Positions 30,387 to 39,846 of a stretch of DNA of 64,000 nt are shown one piece after another; the first letter of the stretch is position 1; each line of letters opens with the position of its first letter. Made by a program: the position numbers and the translations under genes. Source of the stretch: Myxococcota bacterium (GTDB lineage: Bacteria > Myxococcota_A > UBA796 > GCA-2862545). The stretch lies in NCBI GenBank assembly GCA_039208735.1, contig JBCCQY010000006.1, positions 32,001-96,000 of the forward strand. The letters are read 5' to 3'. Under the pieces are notes generated by a model, which had not been told where the DNA came from, ran no database searches, and saw only the letters and a list, made by a program, of their open reading frames with translations.

Positions 30387-30803
30387 ATGTTCGAGTCCGC
30401 ATCGTCGACGTTGGCGAGTCTTCGGTCGTGCACACTGCACGTTTGCACCTCGTGCCGGTCTCCGGGGACGCCGCGTGAGCCTCGAGAGAGCCGCCCCGGC
30501 TTCCTCCTCTTTCACGAGATCCGCGAAGCGTTTGCCGACAGTCCCATCAAGGACCGGGTGAACGTGCAGCCCGCAGAGTGCCTAAGCGTGTGCCCGCGCC
30601 CCTGTGGATTTGCCCTCTCGTCGCCGGGAGCGTGGACCTACCTCTTTGGGGACCAACGCCTCAAGGTGAGCGCCGCCGACATCGTGACCTGCGTCTCGCT
30701 CTACCTCGAGAGCCCAGACGGTTTTATGGCGAGAGAGCAACGCCCGTTTTACCTGCGTGCGAGTATTCTTGGGCGGGTGCCGCCCATTCAGGGAGAACGC
30801 TAG
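30387..30803 (+). CDS. DUF1636 family putative metal-binding protein
   Basis: VCTSC...ECLSVCPRPC...WTYLFGD...GRVPP; GAGGAG RBS. Confidence 0.88.
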   Translation: MFESASSTLASLRSCTLHVCTSCRSPGTPREPRESRPGFLLFHEIREAFADSPIKDRVNVQPAECLSVCPRPCGFALSSPGAWTYLFGDQRLKVSAADIVTCVSLYLESPDGFMAREQRPFYLRASILGRVPPIQGER

Positions 30804-31726
30804 TGCACCTCGCCGAGGGCGTATTGCCGCTTGAACAGGCCATTGGATGGAGCGCTGTGGCGGCCCCGGCCTTGATCTGGAGCATCCGTGGTGAGCAACG
30901 GGCCAGACAGGACGCTTCATCATCCTCGGTCCTCATGGCGGGTGCTACGAGCCTGCTTTTCGCCGCAACACTTCTTCCACTGCCCGTTCCCGTCGTGGGC
31001 GCAACCAGCCACATCTGCCTCACGCCGGTACTGAGCCTCATTGTGGGGGTTCGACGGATCGTGTGGCCGACCTTCTTCGTGCTCCTGTTGCAGGCCGTCT
31101 TCTTTGCGCACGGCGGGCTGACGACGCTGGGTGTCAACACGCTGACCTTGGGGTTGCTGGGTCCTCTAGCGACCGCAGGCCTCTGGGCTCTGTTGCGGAA
31201 GCTTGGTGCAGGTGGCGCCATGGGCCTGGGCCTGGCGTGCGCCATCGGTGGACTAAGTGTTTATGTGGCAGATGCGTTGGTGCTTGCTGCGGCGTTGTCC
31301 GATGTGGCCGCACCTCTGGTCACGTTCACCGGAGTGCTGCTGGGATTTGCGCCGGTCCAGGTTCCCCTTGCGGTACTCGAAGCGGTTGCGTCGGTCGGAA
31401 TCGTCCGGCTGCTTTCAACGCGTCGGCCAGACCTGCTTCCTGAGTCGCTGCAAACGCTACGCAAACCGTCGATTCCTAGTGCGACCGTCCTGGTCTTGTT
31501 GCTGGCCGTTGGCCTCGCGGGCTGCACCTACGAGGGCATCGACGGGACGGTTTTTGGCGCGGTTGCGGAGTCGGCGGGGCGGCCCCCGACCGAGAGCCTC
31601 CTCGACCTAAGTCAGGGCGAGGTTGGACTTGCGATGTCGATCCTCATCCTCTTCGGACTTGGGTTCATCGCCGGGCGCAGCTGGGAGCGCGTGCTCGGAG
31701 GTCGGGGAAATGCACTTCCACGCTGA
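30803..31726 (+). CDS. cbiM: ECF cobalt/nickel transporter S component CbiM with fused CbiN-like C-terminus
   Basis: GTG start gives the MHLAEG metal-binding N-terminus; TSH and LQAVFFAHGGLTTLGVN motifs; extra two-TM module YEGIDGTV...AGRPP. Confidence 0.88.
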   Translation: MHLAEGVLPLEQAIGWSAVAAPALIWSIRGEQRARQDASSSSVLMAGATSLLFAATLLPLPVPVVGATSHICLTPVLSLIVGVRRIVWPTFFVLLLQAVFFAHGGLTTLGVNTLTLGLLGPLATAGLWALLRKLGAGGAMGLGLACAIGGLSVYVADALVLAAALSDVAAPLVTFTGVLLGFAPVQVPLAVLEAVASVGIVRLLSTRRPDLLPESLQTLRKPSIPSATVLVLLLAVGLAGCTYEGIDGTVFGAVAESAGRPPTESLLDLSQGEVGLAMSILILFGLGFIAGRSWERVLGGRGNALPR

Positions 31727-33068
31727 CCACTCGCTGTTCTTCGAGCGTCGCCAACCGCTATGGAGAGCTGCGACGAGTCTGGCGCTGACGGCTTGTGTGC
31801 TGATCGTGAACGCAGGGGCGACCAGTTTGGTCGTGTCTGTGGTCGGAGCAGGCACGGGAGCCCTCCTCTTGGTCGTCGCGCGCCTCCGGGGGCATCGGAG
31901 AATCGAGCCGGTTCTCGCCTGGACCCTGGCTCTGGTTGCCCTCGCCTTGCTCGGCGGTGTGGCGCTAAGTGGCGATCTGACTCGGGTCGCCGAAACGGCC
32001 GCCCGCATCCTCTGCGGGGTGATTTGGGTCTTTTGGCTTGGCACCCAGGTCGATTGGGCGTCGCTTCGACAGGTGCTGCTCTGGCTTAGGGTCCCTGCCG
32101 ACATCGTTGCTGCGCTTGACCATGCCCTGCTGCATGGCATTCTCACCCAACGAGAGTGGGCACGACGACGTGATGCGGCTCGCCTGCGCTTGGGGACATC
32201 GCGCGTGCCCGTCACCTCTTGGGGGCCACTGCTCGGTGAAGGGGCGCTGCAAGCCTTCCTTCGACTCGAACGAGTCGAGGAAAATGCGCTTCTGCGCAGC
32301 AGTTCGAGTGCGGCCGCAGACAAGGGAGCGGGGGTCCGCTTCGAGGCGGTTGACGTCGAGCGCGGTGGCCAAGTGGTCCTCGAGCAGCTTGATCTTCGAC
32401 TTGGACCCACGGAGTGGTTGCTCGTTTGTGGACCGAGTGGGGCCGGAAAGTCGAGCCTGTTGAGGTTGATCGCGGGGCTCGACGAACCCGCGCAGGGGAC
32501 CATGACGCGTCTGGGAACCTCGGTTTCGTCGGGTACGGCGCTGGGCGACCGGCTCGACGGTCGGGTGGCACTGCTTGGTCAGAACCCAGAACATCATTTC
32601 ATTGCGAGCACGGTAGCCGAAGACATTGCCTGGGGACTGCTTCGTCGAGGTTGGAAGGGGCCCGAGGCCCAGAAACGCACTGCCGAGGTGGCGAGCGCCC
32701 TGCGTATTGAACATCTGATGGCGCGTCCGTGTCACGAACTGAGCTTTGGAGAGCAACGCCGCGTCGCGCTTGCGGGTTTGCTCGTGCTCGATCCGGCCCT
32801 GCTGCTCCTCGATGAGCCAACGGCAGGTCTCGATCCGGTGGCCGCTCACGAGCTTCGCAGGCTTGTGGAACAGTCGGTTCGACGGACCGGTGCGGCGTGC
32901 ATTTGGGCAACCCACGACCTTCATTCACTGCCGCCCCAGGCCCAGCGCGTCGTCCTACTCCGAGACCGGCGGGTGCTGTTCGATGGCCCCACCTCTGAGG
33001 GGCTGTCGAGACCCTGGCTCCTCCGAGCGGGTCTAGCGGTGCCCACAAGCGAGGAAAATCCATGTTGA
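31710..33068 (+). CDS. Fused ECF T component (CbiQ-like) and ABC ATPase (CbiO-like)
   Basis: N-terminal TM region with ARLR; GPSGAGKS, QNPE, LSFGE, LLLDEP and THD motifs. Confidence 0.85.
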   Translation: MHFHADHSLFFERRQPLWRAATSLALTACVLIVNAGATSLVVSVVGAGTGALLLVVARLRGHRRIEPVLAWTLALVALALLGGVALSGDLTRVAETAARILCGVIWVFWLGTQVDWASLRQVLLWLRVPADIVAALDHALLHGILTQREWARRRDAARLRLGTSRVPVTSWGPLLGEGALQAFLRLERVEENALLRSSSSAAADKGAGVRFEAVDVERGGQVVLEQLDLRLGPTEWLLVCGPSGAGKSSLLRLIAGLDEPAQGTMTRLGTSVSSGTALGDRLDGRVALLGQNPEHHFIASTVAEDIAWGLLRRGWKGPEAQKRTAEVASALRIEHLMARPCHELSFGEQRRVALAGLLVLDPALLLLDEPTAGLDPVAAHELRRLVEQSVRRTGAACIWATHDLHSLPPQAQRVVLLRDRRVLFDGPTSEGLSRPWLLRAGLAVPTSEENPC

Positions 33069-33371
33069 TCGGCAGACCATCCAAACGGCCGAACCTCGAG
33101 ACGATCCGCCGCATCAAGCGGACGCTTCGCGAGGCGCTTGAACTGCCCGAGGACGCGACGATCACGGTCTCCGAGTTGACCTGCCTCGAAGAAGGCTGTG
33201 CGCCGGTCGAGACGGTGTTTGGGTTGCTTCGCCCCAATGCAACCCCAGCTGCAACACAAGGTGCACAAGCCAACGGACGCTATTGAAGCGAATGACTTAC
33301 TGCAGGTCTGTTCCGCGTGGGGATTCGACCTGCAGGTTACAAATTTTGCTACGTTTGGCCTGGAGAACTAG
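33062..33371 (+). pseudogene. Small CxxxxCxPxET protein with a +1 frameshift near 33241-33246
   Basis: Removing one base continues as PQLQHKVHKPTDAI to TAG 33369-33371, directly abutting the next ATG. Confidence 0.7.
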
Positions 33372-34718
33372 ATGAACACGCCTCAGAAAGTGCCTGTGAC
33401 CATCCTCACGGGCTTCCTTGGCTCGGGAAAGACGACGCTGCTCAACCGGATCTTGAGCGAGCAGCACGGCAAACGCATTGCGGTCATCGAAAACGAGTAC
33501 GGTGAGGTCGGCATCGATCAGGCGTTGGTCATCAACGCAGACGAGGAAATCTTCGAGATGTCCAACGGTTGCATCTGCTGCACCGTTCGAGGCGATCTCA
33601 TCCGCGTGCTCGGCAACCTAATGAAACGGCGCGACAAGTTCGACTACGTCCTCGTCGAAACGACGGGGCTGGCCGATCCGGGTCCGGTCGCGCAGACGTT
33701 CTTCATGGATGACGAAATTCGGGCGGAGTTCCAGCTGGATGGGATTGTGACGCTCGTCGATGCGGCCCACATCGATCAGCAGCTTGGGCGAAGCGATGAG
33801 AGCACCGAGCAGGTTGCGTTCGCAGATGTCCTGTTGCTCAACAAGACCGACCTTGTGGGCGATGAAGCGCTCGACGGGCTCGAGGCCCGGCTTCGCGACA
33901 TGAACCGCATGGCCCGAGTTGTTCGCAGTGAAAAGGCGAACGTGCCCGTCGATACGGTGCTCAATCTCAGCGCCTTCGATTTAGATCAGGTACTCGAGCG
34001 GCGTCCGACCTTCCTCGAGCCGGAGTACCCGTTTGAGTGGACGGGGGTGTACGCCCTCGAACCTGGTCGGTACGAACTGAGCCTCGCGGAAGGGCCAGAT
34101 CCATCCATGTCGCTCGTCATCGTCGCGAATCAGGGCACGGACGATGCAGAGCTTCGCGAAGGTGCGGAGTGGTGCGTCCGTCAATACGCAGAGGAGCCGG
34201 CGACGGTGAATCCGGGTGAGCAGGTCCCGGTCGGCGCACACGTCAGCCTTGAACTGCAGGCTGCGGGCCGTAAGTCCTTCGTGCTTCAGGTCGACGCCCC
34301 GATGCAGGTCGGCCTCTACGCCCAGCATACCGCCGAGGAGTTTGACCTTAAGCTGCTTGACGCAGACGGCGCGGCGGTTTCCTTGAAGGGCGAACGCACC
34401 TGGGTTGCCCAGCACGAGCATGACGATGAGGTCGGTTCCATTGCCATCGAGCGGGATGGCGATGTCGATCCGGAAAAGCTGAACGCCTGGCTTTCGAAGC
34501 TTCTCGCCGAGCGCGGGGTAGACATCTTCCGGATGAAGGGCTTCATCAGCGTTGCCGGAGAGTCGGACCGCTACGTCTTCCAGGGGGTACACATGCTCAT
34601 CGACGGGCAGCCCGACCGACCCTGGGGTGATTCGCCCCGACGCAACCAGCTTGTCTTCATCGGACGGAATCTCGATGAAGAGGGCATGAGGAAGGGCTTC
34701 GATGCATGCCTGATCTGA
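33372..34718 (+). CDS. COG0523 GTPase (CobW/YjiA-like) with an internal insertion
   Basis: LTGFLGSGKTT, GCICCTVRGDL, ETTGLADP, NKTD, HEHDDEV, RMKG, QGVH, LVFIGR. Confidence 0.93.
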   Translation: MNTPQKVPVTILTGFLGSGKTTLLNRILSEQHGKRIAVIENEYGEVGIDQALVINADEEIFEMSNGCICCTVRGDLIRVLGNLMKRRDKFDYVLVETTGLADPGPVAQTFFMDDEIRAEFQLDGIVTLVDAAHIDQQLGRSDESTEQVAFADVLLLNKTDLVGDEALDGLEARLRDMNRMARVVRSEKANVPVDTVLNLSAFDLDQVLERRPTFLEPEYPFEWTGVYALEPGRYELSLAEGPDPSMSLVIVANQGTDDAELREGAEWCVRQYAEEPATVNPGEQVPVGAHVSLELQAAGRKSFVLQVDAPMQVGLYAQHTAEEFDLKLLDADGAAVSLKGERTWVAQHEHDDEVGSIAIERDGDVDPEKLNAWLSKLLAERGVDIFRMKGFISVAGESDRYVFQGVHMLIDGQPDRPWGDSPRRNQLVFIGRNLDEEGMRKGFDACLI

Positions 34719-35743
34719 CCGCCGACCGTCCGATGGGCGTCCTTCGCACCGGCTGGTCGGCCGAGGTCGGAGACTACGCGATTGCCGGAGGTTGGGCTCG
34801 CGCCGGCCGAGTACTGGTCGTGGCGGATGCGGCGGGTGGCATCTACGGATTTGATAGCAAGGCGGGTGCGACCCTCTGGCAAGGGACGCACGACGAAGGC
34901 GTGATGGCGATGGCCATCCATCCTGATGGAGAAACCTTCGCCACGGCCGGCCAGGACGGGCGAGTCCTGATCTGGAGCGCTTCAGAAGGTCAGGTCACCA
35001 AGGTCGTCGAACTTGGGAATGGCTGGGTGGAGCATGTGGCGTGGTCGCCAGACGGCCGATGGTTGGCCGCTGCGATCTCACGTCGCGTTCATGTGTTTGA
35101 CGCCGAAGGTGAAGAGGCCTGGCGGTCAGAGGCGCATCCCAGCACGGTCAGCGCCATCGCGTGGTCGGGGAGTCAGGAACTGGCGACGGCCTGCTACGGC
35201 CGCGTGGCGTTCTTCGAAGCGTCCTCGGGGGAGCTTGGCCAGAAACTGGAGTGGAAAGGCTCCTTGGTTTCGATGGTTCTGAGTCCGGACGGCGACATCG
35301 TGGCGTGTGGAAGTCAGGACAATACCGTGCACTTCTGGCGGCGCTCGACGGAGCAAGACTCCATGATGTCGGGATATCCAGGCAAACCATCTGCCCTCGC
35401 CTTCGACGAATCGGGCACCCTGCTTGCGACCGGAGGCGGGGAGACGGTCTTGGTTTGGAGTTTCGAGGGGGATGGCCCTGAAGGGACACGCCCCGGTGTG
35501 CTGAAGGTTCACGTTCAGTCGATTACGACGCTGGCCTTCGCTCATGCAGGGATGCGCCTCGCTTCGGGGGCCCGGGATGGTGCTGTCGTGGTCTGGGGAC
35601 TCCAGAGCGATGGCGACGGTGCGGCGGCCGGAGCAGCCCTCGTCGGAGAGGTCGTTGCAGGACTTTCGTGGCGTCCGGATGGTCGTTCCCTTGCCGCTTT
35701 CGATGCGAAAGGTGTGGTGACCGTTTGGCGAGTGAGCAAATAG
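34706..35743 (+). CDS. WD40-repeat protein
   Basis: Repeated AxxPDG...ATAGQDG..xxW motifs; overlaps the end of the COG0523 gene. Confidence 0.9.
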   Translation: MPDLTADRPMGVLRTGWSAEVGDYAIAGGWARAGRVLVVADAAGGIYGFDSKAGATLWQGTHDEGVMAMAIHPDGETFATAGQDGRVLIWSASEGQVTKVVELGNGWVEHVAWSPDGRWLAAAISRRVHVFDAEGEEAWRSEAHPSTVSAIAWSGSQELATACYGRVAFFEASSGELGQKLEWKGSLVSMVLSPDGDIVACGSQDNTVHFWRRSTEQDSMMSGYPGKPSALAFDESGTLLATGGGETVLVWSFEGDGPEGTRPGVLKVHVQSITTLAFAHAGMRLASGARDGAVVVWGLQSDGDGAAAGAALVGEVVAGLSWRPDGRSLAAFDAKGVVTVWRVSK

Positions 35744-35775
35744 GCCCATGGCGAGGCCCCGGGACGGGTCTCCCG

Positions 35776-36213
35776 CTATTGCGGCCTTTCATCTCGGGGA
35801 TCTGGTGCAACGATGGGTGCGTCAGCCGGCCAGGCGAGCCGGAGGCCCATCGGCGGCCGAACCTTTGACCACGCGCCCCAGAGTTGGCGGAGCCGCTCGA
35901 ATCCCGGGATCTGCTCCGCATCTCGCCGCTTGAAGGCGCTTTGAAGTTGCACCACCTGGCCCTCGATCGCGAGGAGTGAAGCCCACTCCGCGTCCTCCAT
36001 CGTCGCTTCGCGCAACGCGGTGGGATCGGCGCCCTGGGCGACCCGGCCATAGAAGCCTTCGTCGGTGCCCAGTGCGGCCTCCACCGCGTAGTGACAGAGG
36101 TCGTGCAAGAGCAGCGAACGCGTCTCGAGCAAGGCTTCGATGCGCGGCCAAGGTGGTCGGAGCACCACGAAGTGGTGGCGGTGTGGAGACGCGGGTGAAA
36201 GCCAGATCAGCAT
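35776..36213 (-). CDS. Hypothetical protein with HDLxHxxVE motif
   Basis: 145-aa ORF starting 3 nt after the LysR stop. Confidence 0.7.
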   Translation of the reverse strand: MLIWLSPASPHRHHFVVLRPPWPRIEALLETRSLLLHDLCHYAVEAALGTDEGFYGRVAQGADPTALREATMEDAEWASLLAIEGQVVQLQSAFKRRDAEQIPGFERLRQLWGAWSKVRPPMGLRLAWPADAPIVAPDPRDERPQ

Positions 36214-36216
36214 GGA

Positions 36217-37134
36217 TCAGCCGAATCTCTGCTCGAGGTCGGTCAGCAGGGCCTCCCAGACCACGCGTATCCGAGGCACGCTCCGCAAGGTTCGATGGGT
36301 CACCATGAAGATCTCGTTCTGGGGGAGTCGTTCCTGCGGCTCGAGCCCGCCGAGCGTCACCCGAACCAAGCCATAGTGTTCGACGTTGGGGTGAGGCACG
36401 AGGGCGACCCCGAGGCCCGCCTGAGCGGCTGCAATCTGGGTGCGGATGCTGTCGGTCTCGAGGACAGGCTCAAGGGAGAAGCGCGCGAGCCACTGGCTGG
36501 CGGGAGCGCGGGCGAAGCGAGGTCCCCATCCGATCCACGGCACGGACCCCAGGTCCTCCACGACGCCCAGACGCTCGGCGGTCGCGGGGGACGCGGCGGG
36601 CACCCAGGAGATCGTGAAGACGCGTCTTGCAACAAGGTCGCCGCGGGTTGGGCGCACGGTGCGGACCGCCAGGTCGGCTTCACGGCGGACGAGGTCGACG
36701 GTCGCTTCGCCAGGAGAGAGGACGACCCTCAGCCGAGGGTGGACCGCGAGCAGTTTGCGGAGAACGGGAAGTAGCACCACGTCGGCCATATCGGGGGGGC
36801 AGGCGATGCGTACCGTCCCCGACACATCACGCTCAAGACCATCCACCGCGTTCGCAAAGGAGGCCACGGCTGCCTCAGTCTGCTCCGCTGCGACGAGAAG
36901 TTCTTCGGCGGCCTTGGTGGGGGACAGGCCATCTCGGCCACGTTCAAACAGGGCCGTGTCCAGTGCGTCCTCGAGGGCAGTGAGCCGGCGGGAGACGGTG
37001 GAGATGTTGACGCGCAGCGTCTTGGCGGCTTCTCCCATGGTGCGGGAACGGTAGAGCACAAGGAAGAGCTGTACGTCGTCCCATGGGAACGATGTGAGTT
37101 GAGACGACGTCCTTCGTTGCATGAACGCAAACAT
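36217..37134 (-). CDS. LysR family regulator (start 37134 or 37122)
   Basis: WDDVQLFL...AAKTL...STVSRRLTALE...LFER HTH; substrate-binding domain with EADLAVR. Confidence 0.93.
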   Translation of the reverse strand: MFAFMQRRTSSQLTSFPWDDVQLFLVLYRSRTMGEAAKTLRVNISTVSRRLTALEDALDTALFERGRDGLSPTKAAEELLVAAEQTEAAVASFANAVDGLERDVSGTVRIACPPDMADVVLLPVLRKLLAVHPRLRVVLSPGEATVDLVRREADLAVRTVRPTRGDLVARRVFTISWVPAASPATAERLGVVEDLGSVPWIGWGPRFARAPASQWLARFSLEPVLETDSIRTQIAAAQAGLGVALVPHPNVEHYGLVRVTLGGLEPQERLPQNEIFMVTHRTLRSVPRIRVVWEALLTDLEQRFG

Positions 37135-37222
37135 AGTGCCGCCCGGGTGCCCAAGCTCGGGATCGAGACGGCCTACGGCTACGCTCGTTCGAGGGTTTGC
37201 TTCAACGTACGATACGGACTGG

Positions 37223-37576
37223 CTAACGAGGCTCACTTTGCTGCGTGGAAAACACGAGTATCCATGCGAAGAGTCGAAAGTTTGGCTGCGACAGGTCGAC
37301 CTTCCCAAAACCGCGCTGATTCACCCATGCAACGAACGAGTCGGGCTCGGCCAGCGTGCGGTGAATTGCGGTCAGGAACGCGGCCAGGCGTTCATCAGAG
37401 TCTGGTCCGTTCAACGCCGTTTGAAGCATCGCCACAAAGCGGTTGAACCACTCTGCCGAATCCAAGGGCAGCACGGGCATCATCGTCTCGACATGCTGCG
37501 CTGCTGCAGCGGCGCGTTGCGACAACGGAAGCGCACGGAGCGCGGCGATCTCACGTTCGTAGTCCTCGTCCGTCAT
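37223..37576 (-). CDS. Hypothetical helical protein
   Basis: GGAG RBS; ATG 2 nt after the upstream stop. Confidence 0.6.
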   Translation of the reverse strand: MTDEDYEREIAALRALPLSQRAAAAAQHVETMMPVLPLDSAEWFNRFVAMLQTALNGPDSDERLAAFLTAIHRTLAEPDSFVAWVNQRGFGKVDLSQPNFRLFAWILVFSTQQSEPR

Positions 37577-37578
37577 GG

Positions 37579-37956
37579 CTACTCCAAGTGGCCCGCCGAA
37601 AACAGCATTTGGGCGAGTGCGGCCCAGGATGGCTTGCGGTAGACCCATTCGTCGACGTCGGCCGGCATGGGCCGTTCATGCGGCCAATACGACGCATTGA
37701 AGAAGTTCCACAGGGTGCGGTTTGACCAGATGCCCAGTTCACGATTTGGATCGAAGGCGTGGAGTTTCGCAAGCCCTTTCATGAAGACTTCGAAGTCTTC
37801 GGGCCCTTTGATGCGGTTGGCGAACGCGGTCACGGCTTCGAAAAACATGGAGGCCACCGCTTCGTTTCTTGGGGCGAGATCGATGTAGTCCAGCAGGACC
37901 AGGAACGAATGGGAGTCGCGGGCATTGAACAGCGCCTCGAGCATTTCAGGTTTCAT
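37579..37956 (-). CDS. Hypothetical protein
   Basis: GGAG upstream; protein-like composition. Confidence 0.6.
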   Translation of the reverse strand: MKPEMLEALFNARDSHSFLVLLDYIDLAPRNEAVASMFFEAVTAFANRIKGPEDFEVFMKGLAKLHAFDPNRELGIWSNRTLWNFFNASYWPHERPMPADVDEWVYRKPSWAALAQMLFSAGHLE

Positions 37957-38383
37957 CCGACCGCAGGCTCCAAGGGGGGGCCCGCTTGCTATGTTTCGCG
38001 GCGAGGAGGACCGCAATGCGCGAGGAACTTCGGACCATGGTCATGGCGCGTGATTTCGATGCGATCGAGCGCGCCCGGTCCACGCTTCGGGCGTCCGACG
38101 TTCATGCGGGTCGTGCAGCAGGTGTCGTTGCAGCATGGGCTTCGGATCGACGGGCCTGAACCGGCACCGGGGCAAGGACGTCCCCTTGGAGGCAACGACG
38201 AACCGGCGTTAATGTTGGCCGCACGAGCGGGGCGTCCAAGGTAGGTCCAGCGACTCCCCGATGCCGGCGCCAACCCAACTCTCGTCGATGCTCAAGGGAA
38301 GACGGCGCGTGACCAGGCAAAGGGGCGACGCGCGGCGCAGGTCAGGCAGGTGCTGGACGGGGTGTCTTGATTCGGAACTCGAC

Positions 38384-38902
38384 TCAGAAGCGAAACCGGA
38401 CCCCGCCGAACACGTGGGTGTTGTTGATGTCTGGTCGATTGTCACCCGTAGCAAGGACCTTGAACTGGCCCATGGCCATCAGGTCCACGTTGGACACGAC
38501 ATTGACCGACAGGAACCCGAGCCCGCCGAAGTGGCCGCGATACTGGTCGAGTCCTGTCGTTACCCCAACCGTGGGTCCCAACCCGAGTGATACGCGCTTG
38601 ATGGGAACGACGAACTTGAAGTTGAGATCGAGGTCGGTGTGAGAGGTGCGCGTGTCGCCCTGCCGCAGCTCATACACGGTTGCGGCCGGGGTCACGTAAA
38701 AGGTCTCGATCAGCGGGATGTCGACAAAGAAACCCCAGGAAAAACTGGTGTCAAGGTCGAGTTCGCTCGCATCGGCCAGGTTGGCTCCCGCCACGACCCC
38801 AAGTCCGACGTTGCGTGCCGGGGAAGCCGGCGGGCGATGGGCTTCGGCTTGCATGGGGACCAGGACGGCCAATAGGGTGAGCGCAGGAATGAGACGGGTC
38901 AT
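38384..38902 (-). CDS. Small outer-membrane beta-barrel protein
   Basis: Signal ending AEA; alternating amphipathic strands; C-terminal GVRFRF. Confidence 0.8.
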   Translation of the reverse strand: MTRLIPALTLLAVLVPMQAEAHRPPASPARNVGLGVVAGANLADASELDLDTSFSWGFFVDIPLIETFYVTPAATVYELRQGDTRTSHTDLDLNFKFVVPIKRVSLGLGPTVGVTTGLDQYRGHFGGLGFLSVNVVSNVDLMAMGQFKVLATGDNRPDINNTHVFGGVRFRF

Positions 38903-39008
38903 GGCGGAGTCTCCTGGGTACGACGGGTTGGCGCCGGGGCCTCACTGGAACAGTCCCCACTTCGTCAACCCGCGTCGTTGCCGAACCCATCCGAGTTAGA
39001 CCCAGGCC

Positions 39009-39770
39009 ATGACGAAGCTCATCCAACACCTGCTTCTTCTGCCCCTCCTCGTCTTGCTCGCTGGAGCAACGTGGCCCACCGAGCCCCACCCGGCTCCCTG
39101 GCGCTGGTCGTCGCTCGGCGTCGAGATGCAAGACCTCGCGGTGGGCACGGGCGACGAAGTCGTCGAAGGGGCGCGCGTCTACGTGCACTACGTGGGCATG
39201 CTGAACGATGGCACGGTCTTCGACGAGAGCCGCCCGCGCGGGAAGGAACTCGACTTCCTGGTCGGGAGCGGGCAGGTCATCAAAGGCTGGGAGGATGGCC
39301 TCCTCGGGATGCGGGTGGGCGGAACCCGACGGCTCGTGATTCCTGCGTCGCTTGGATACGGTTCCCAGGGAGCAGGCCGCATTCCAGGGGGCGCAACCCT
39401 ATACTTCGAGGTGGAGCTGATCTCGCTGAAGCCTCCACGCAAAGCACCCACGTCGGTTCCTGAGTTGTCCGAAGATGCGTGGAAGCTCGTGCGCGGCGTC
39501 GCGGTGGCCGATGTGAAGCCCGGGGATGGCGCTCGCATCAAGCTGAAGAAAGGGGCCCGGGCTTGTCTGGATTTCGTTCAGTTTGACGCCCAAGGTGCGG
39601 CCGTGGCGAACACGTACTCGCGAGAGCGATGCACCTGGACGCAGCTCGGATGGGACAAGCTTCCGCTCTCCGTGGAATCGGGGCTGAAGGGGCTGCGGGA
39701 GTCTGGTGTGCGTGCGGTTCGTGATGGGGATAGCGTTTGGCTTGTCGAACTCACGATGGTCGGCATCTAA
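39009..39770 (+). CDS. FKBP-type peptidyl-prolyl isomerase with a degenerate second FKBP-like domain
   Basis: VHYVG...FD...QVIKGWEDGLLGMRVGGTRRLVIP..LGYG...IP..ATLYFEVEL. Confidence 0.93.
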   Translation: MTKLIQHLLLLPLLVLLAGATWPTEPHPAPWRWSSLGVEMQDLAVGTGDEVVEGARVYVHYVGMLNDGTVFDESRPRGKELDFLVGSGQVIKGWEDGLLGMRVGGTRRLVIPASLGYGSQGAGRIPGGATLYFEVELISLKPPRKAPTSVPELSEDAWKLVRGVAVADVKPGDGARIKLKKGARACLDFVQFDAQGAAVANTYSRERCTWTQLGWDKLPLSVESGLKGLRESGVRAVRDGDSVWLVELTMVGI

Positions 39771-39846
39771 CGTCGAAAATTGGTGGTGCGTTGGCGTTGG
39801 TGGATCGCGGCTCCGTTCCTTCGCGAGGTCGCACCACCCTGAAGGT

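Noticed and set aside
30578..30802. Long N-terminal extension of CbiM in the track
   Set aside because: It overlaps DUF1636, and CbiM requires the MH N-terminus provided by GTG 30803.
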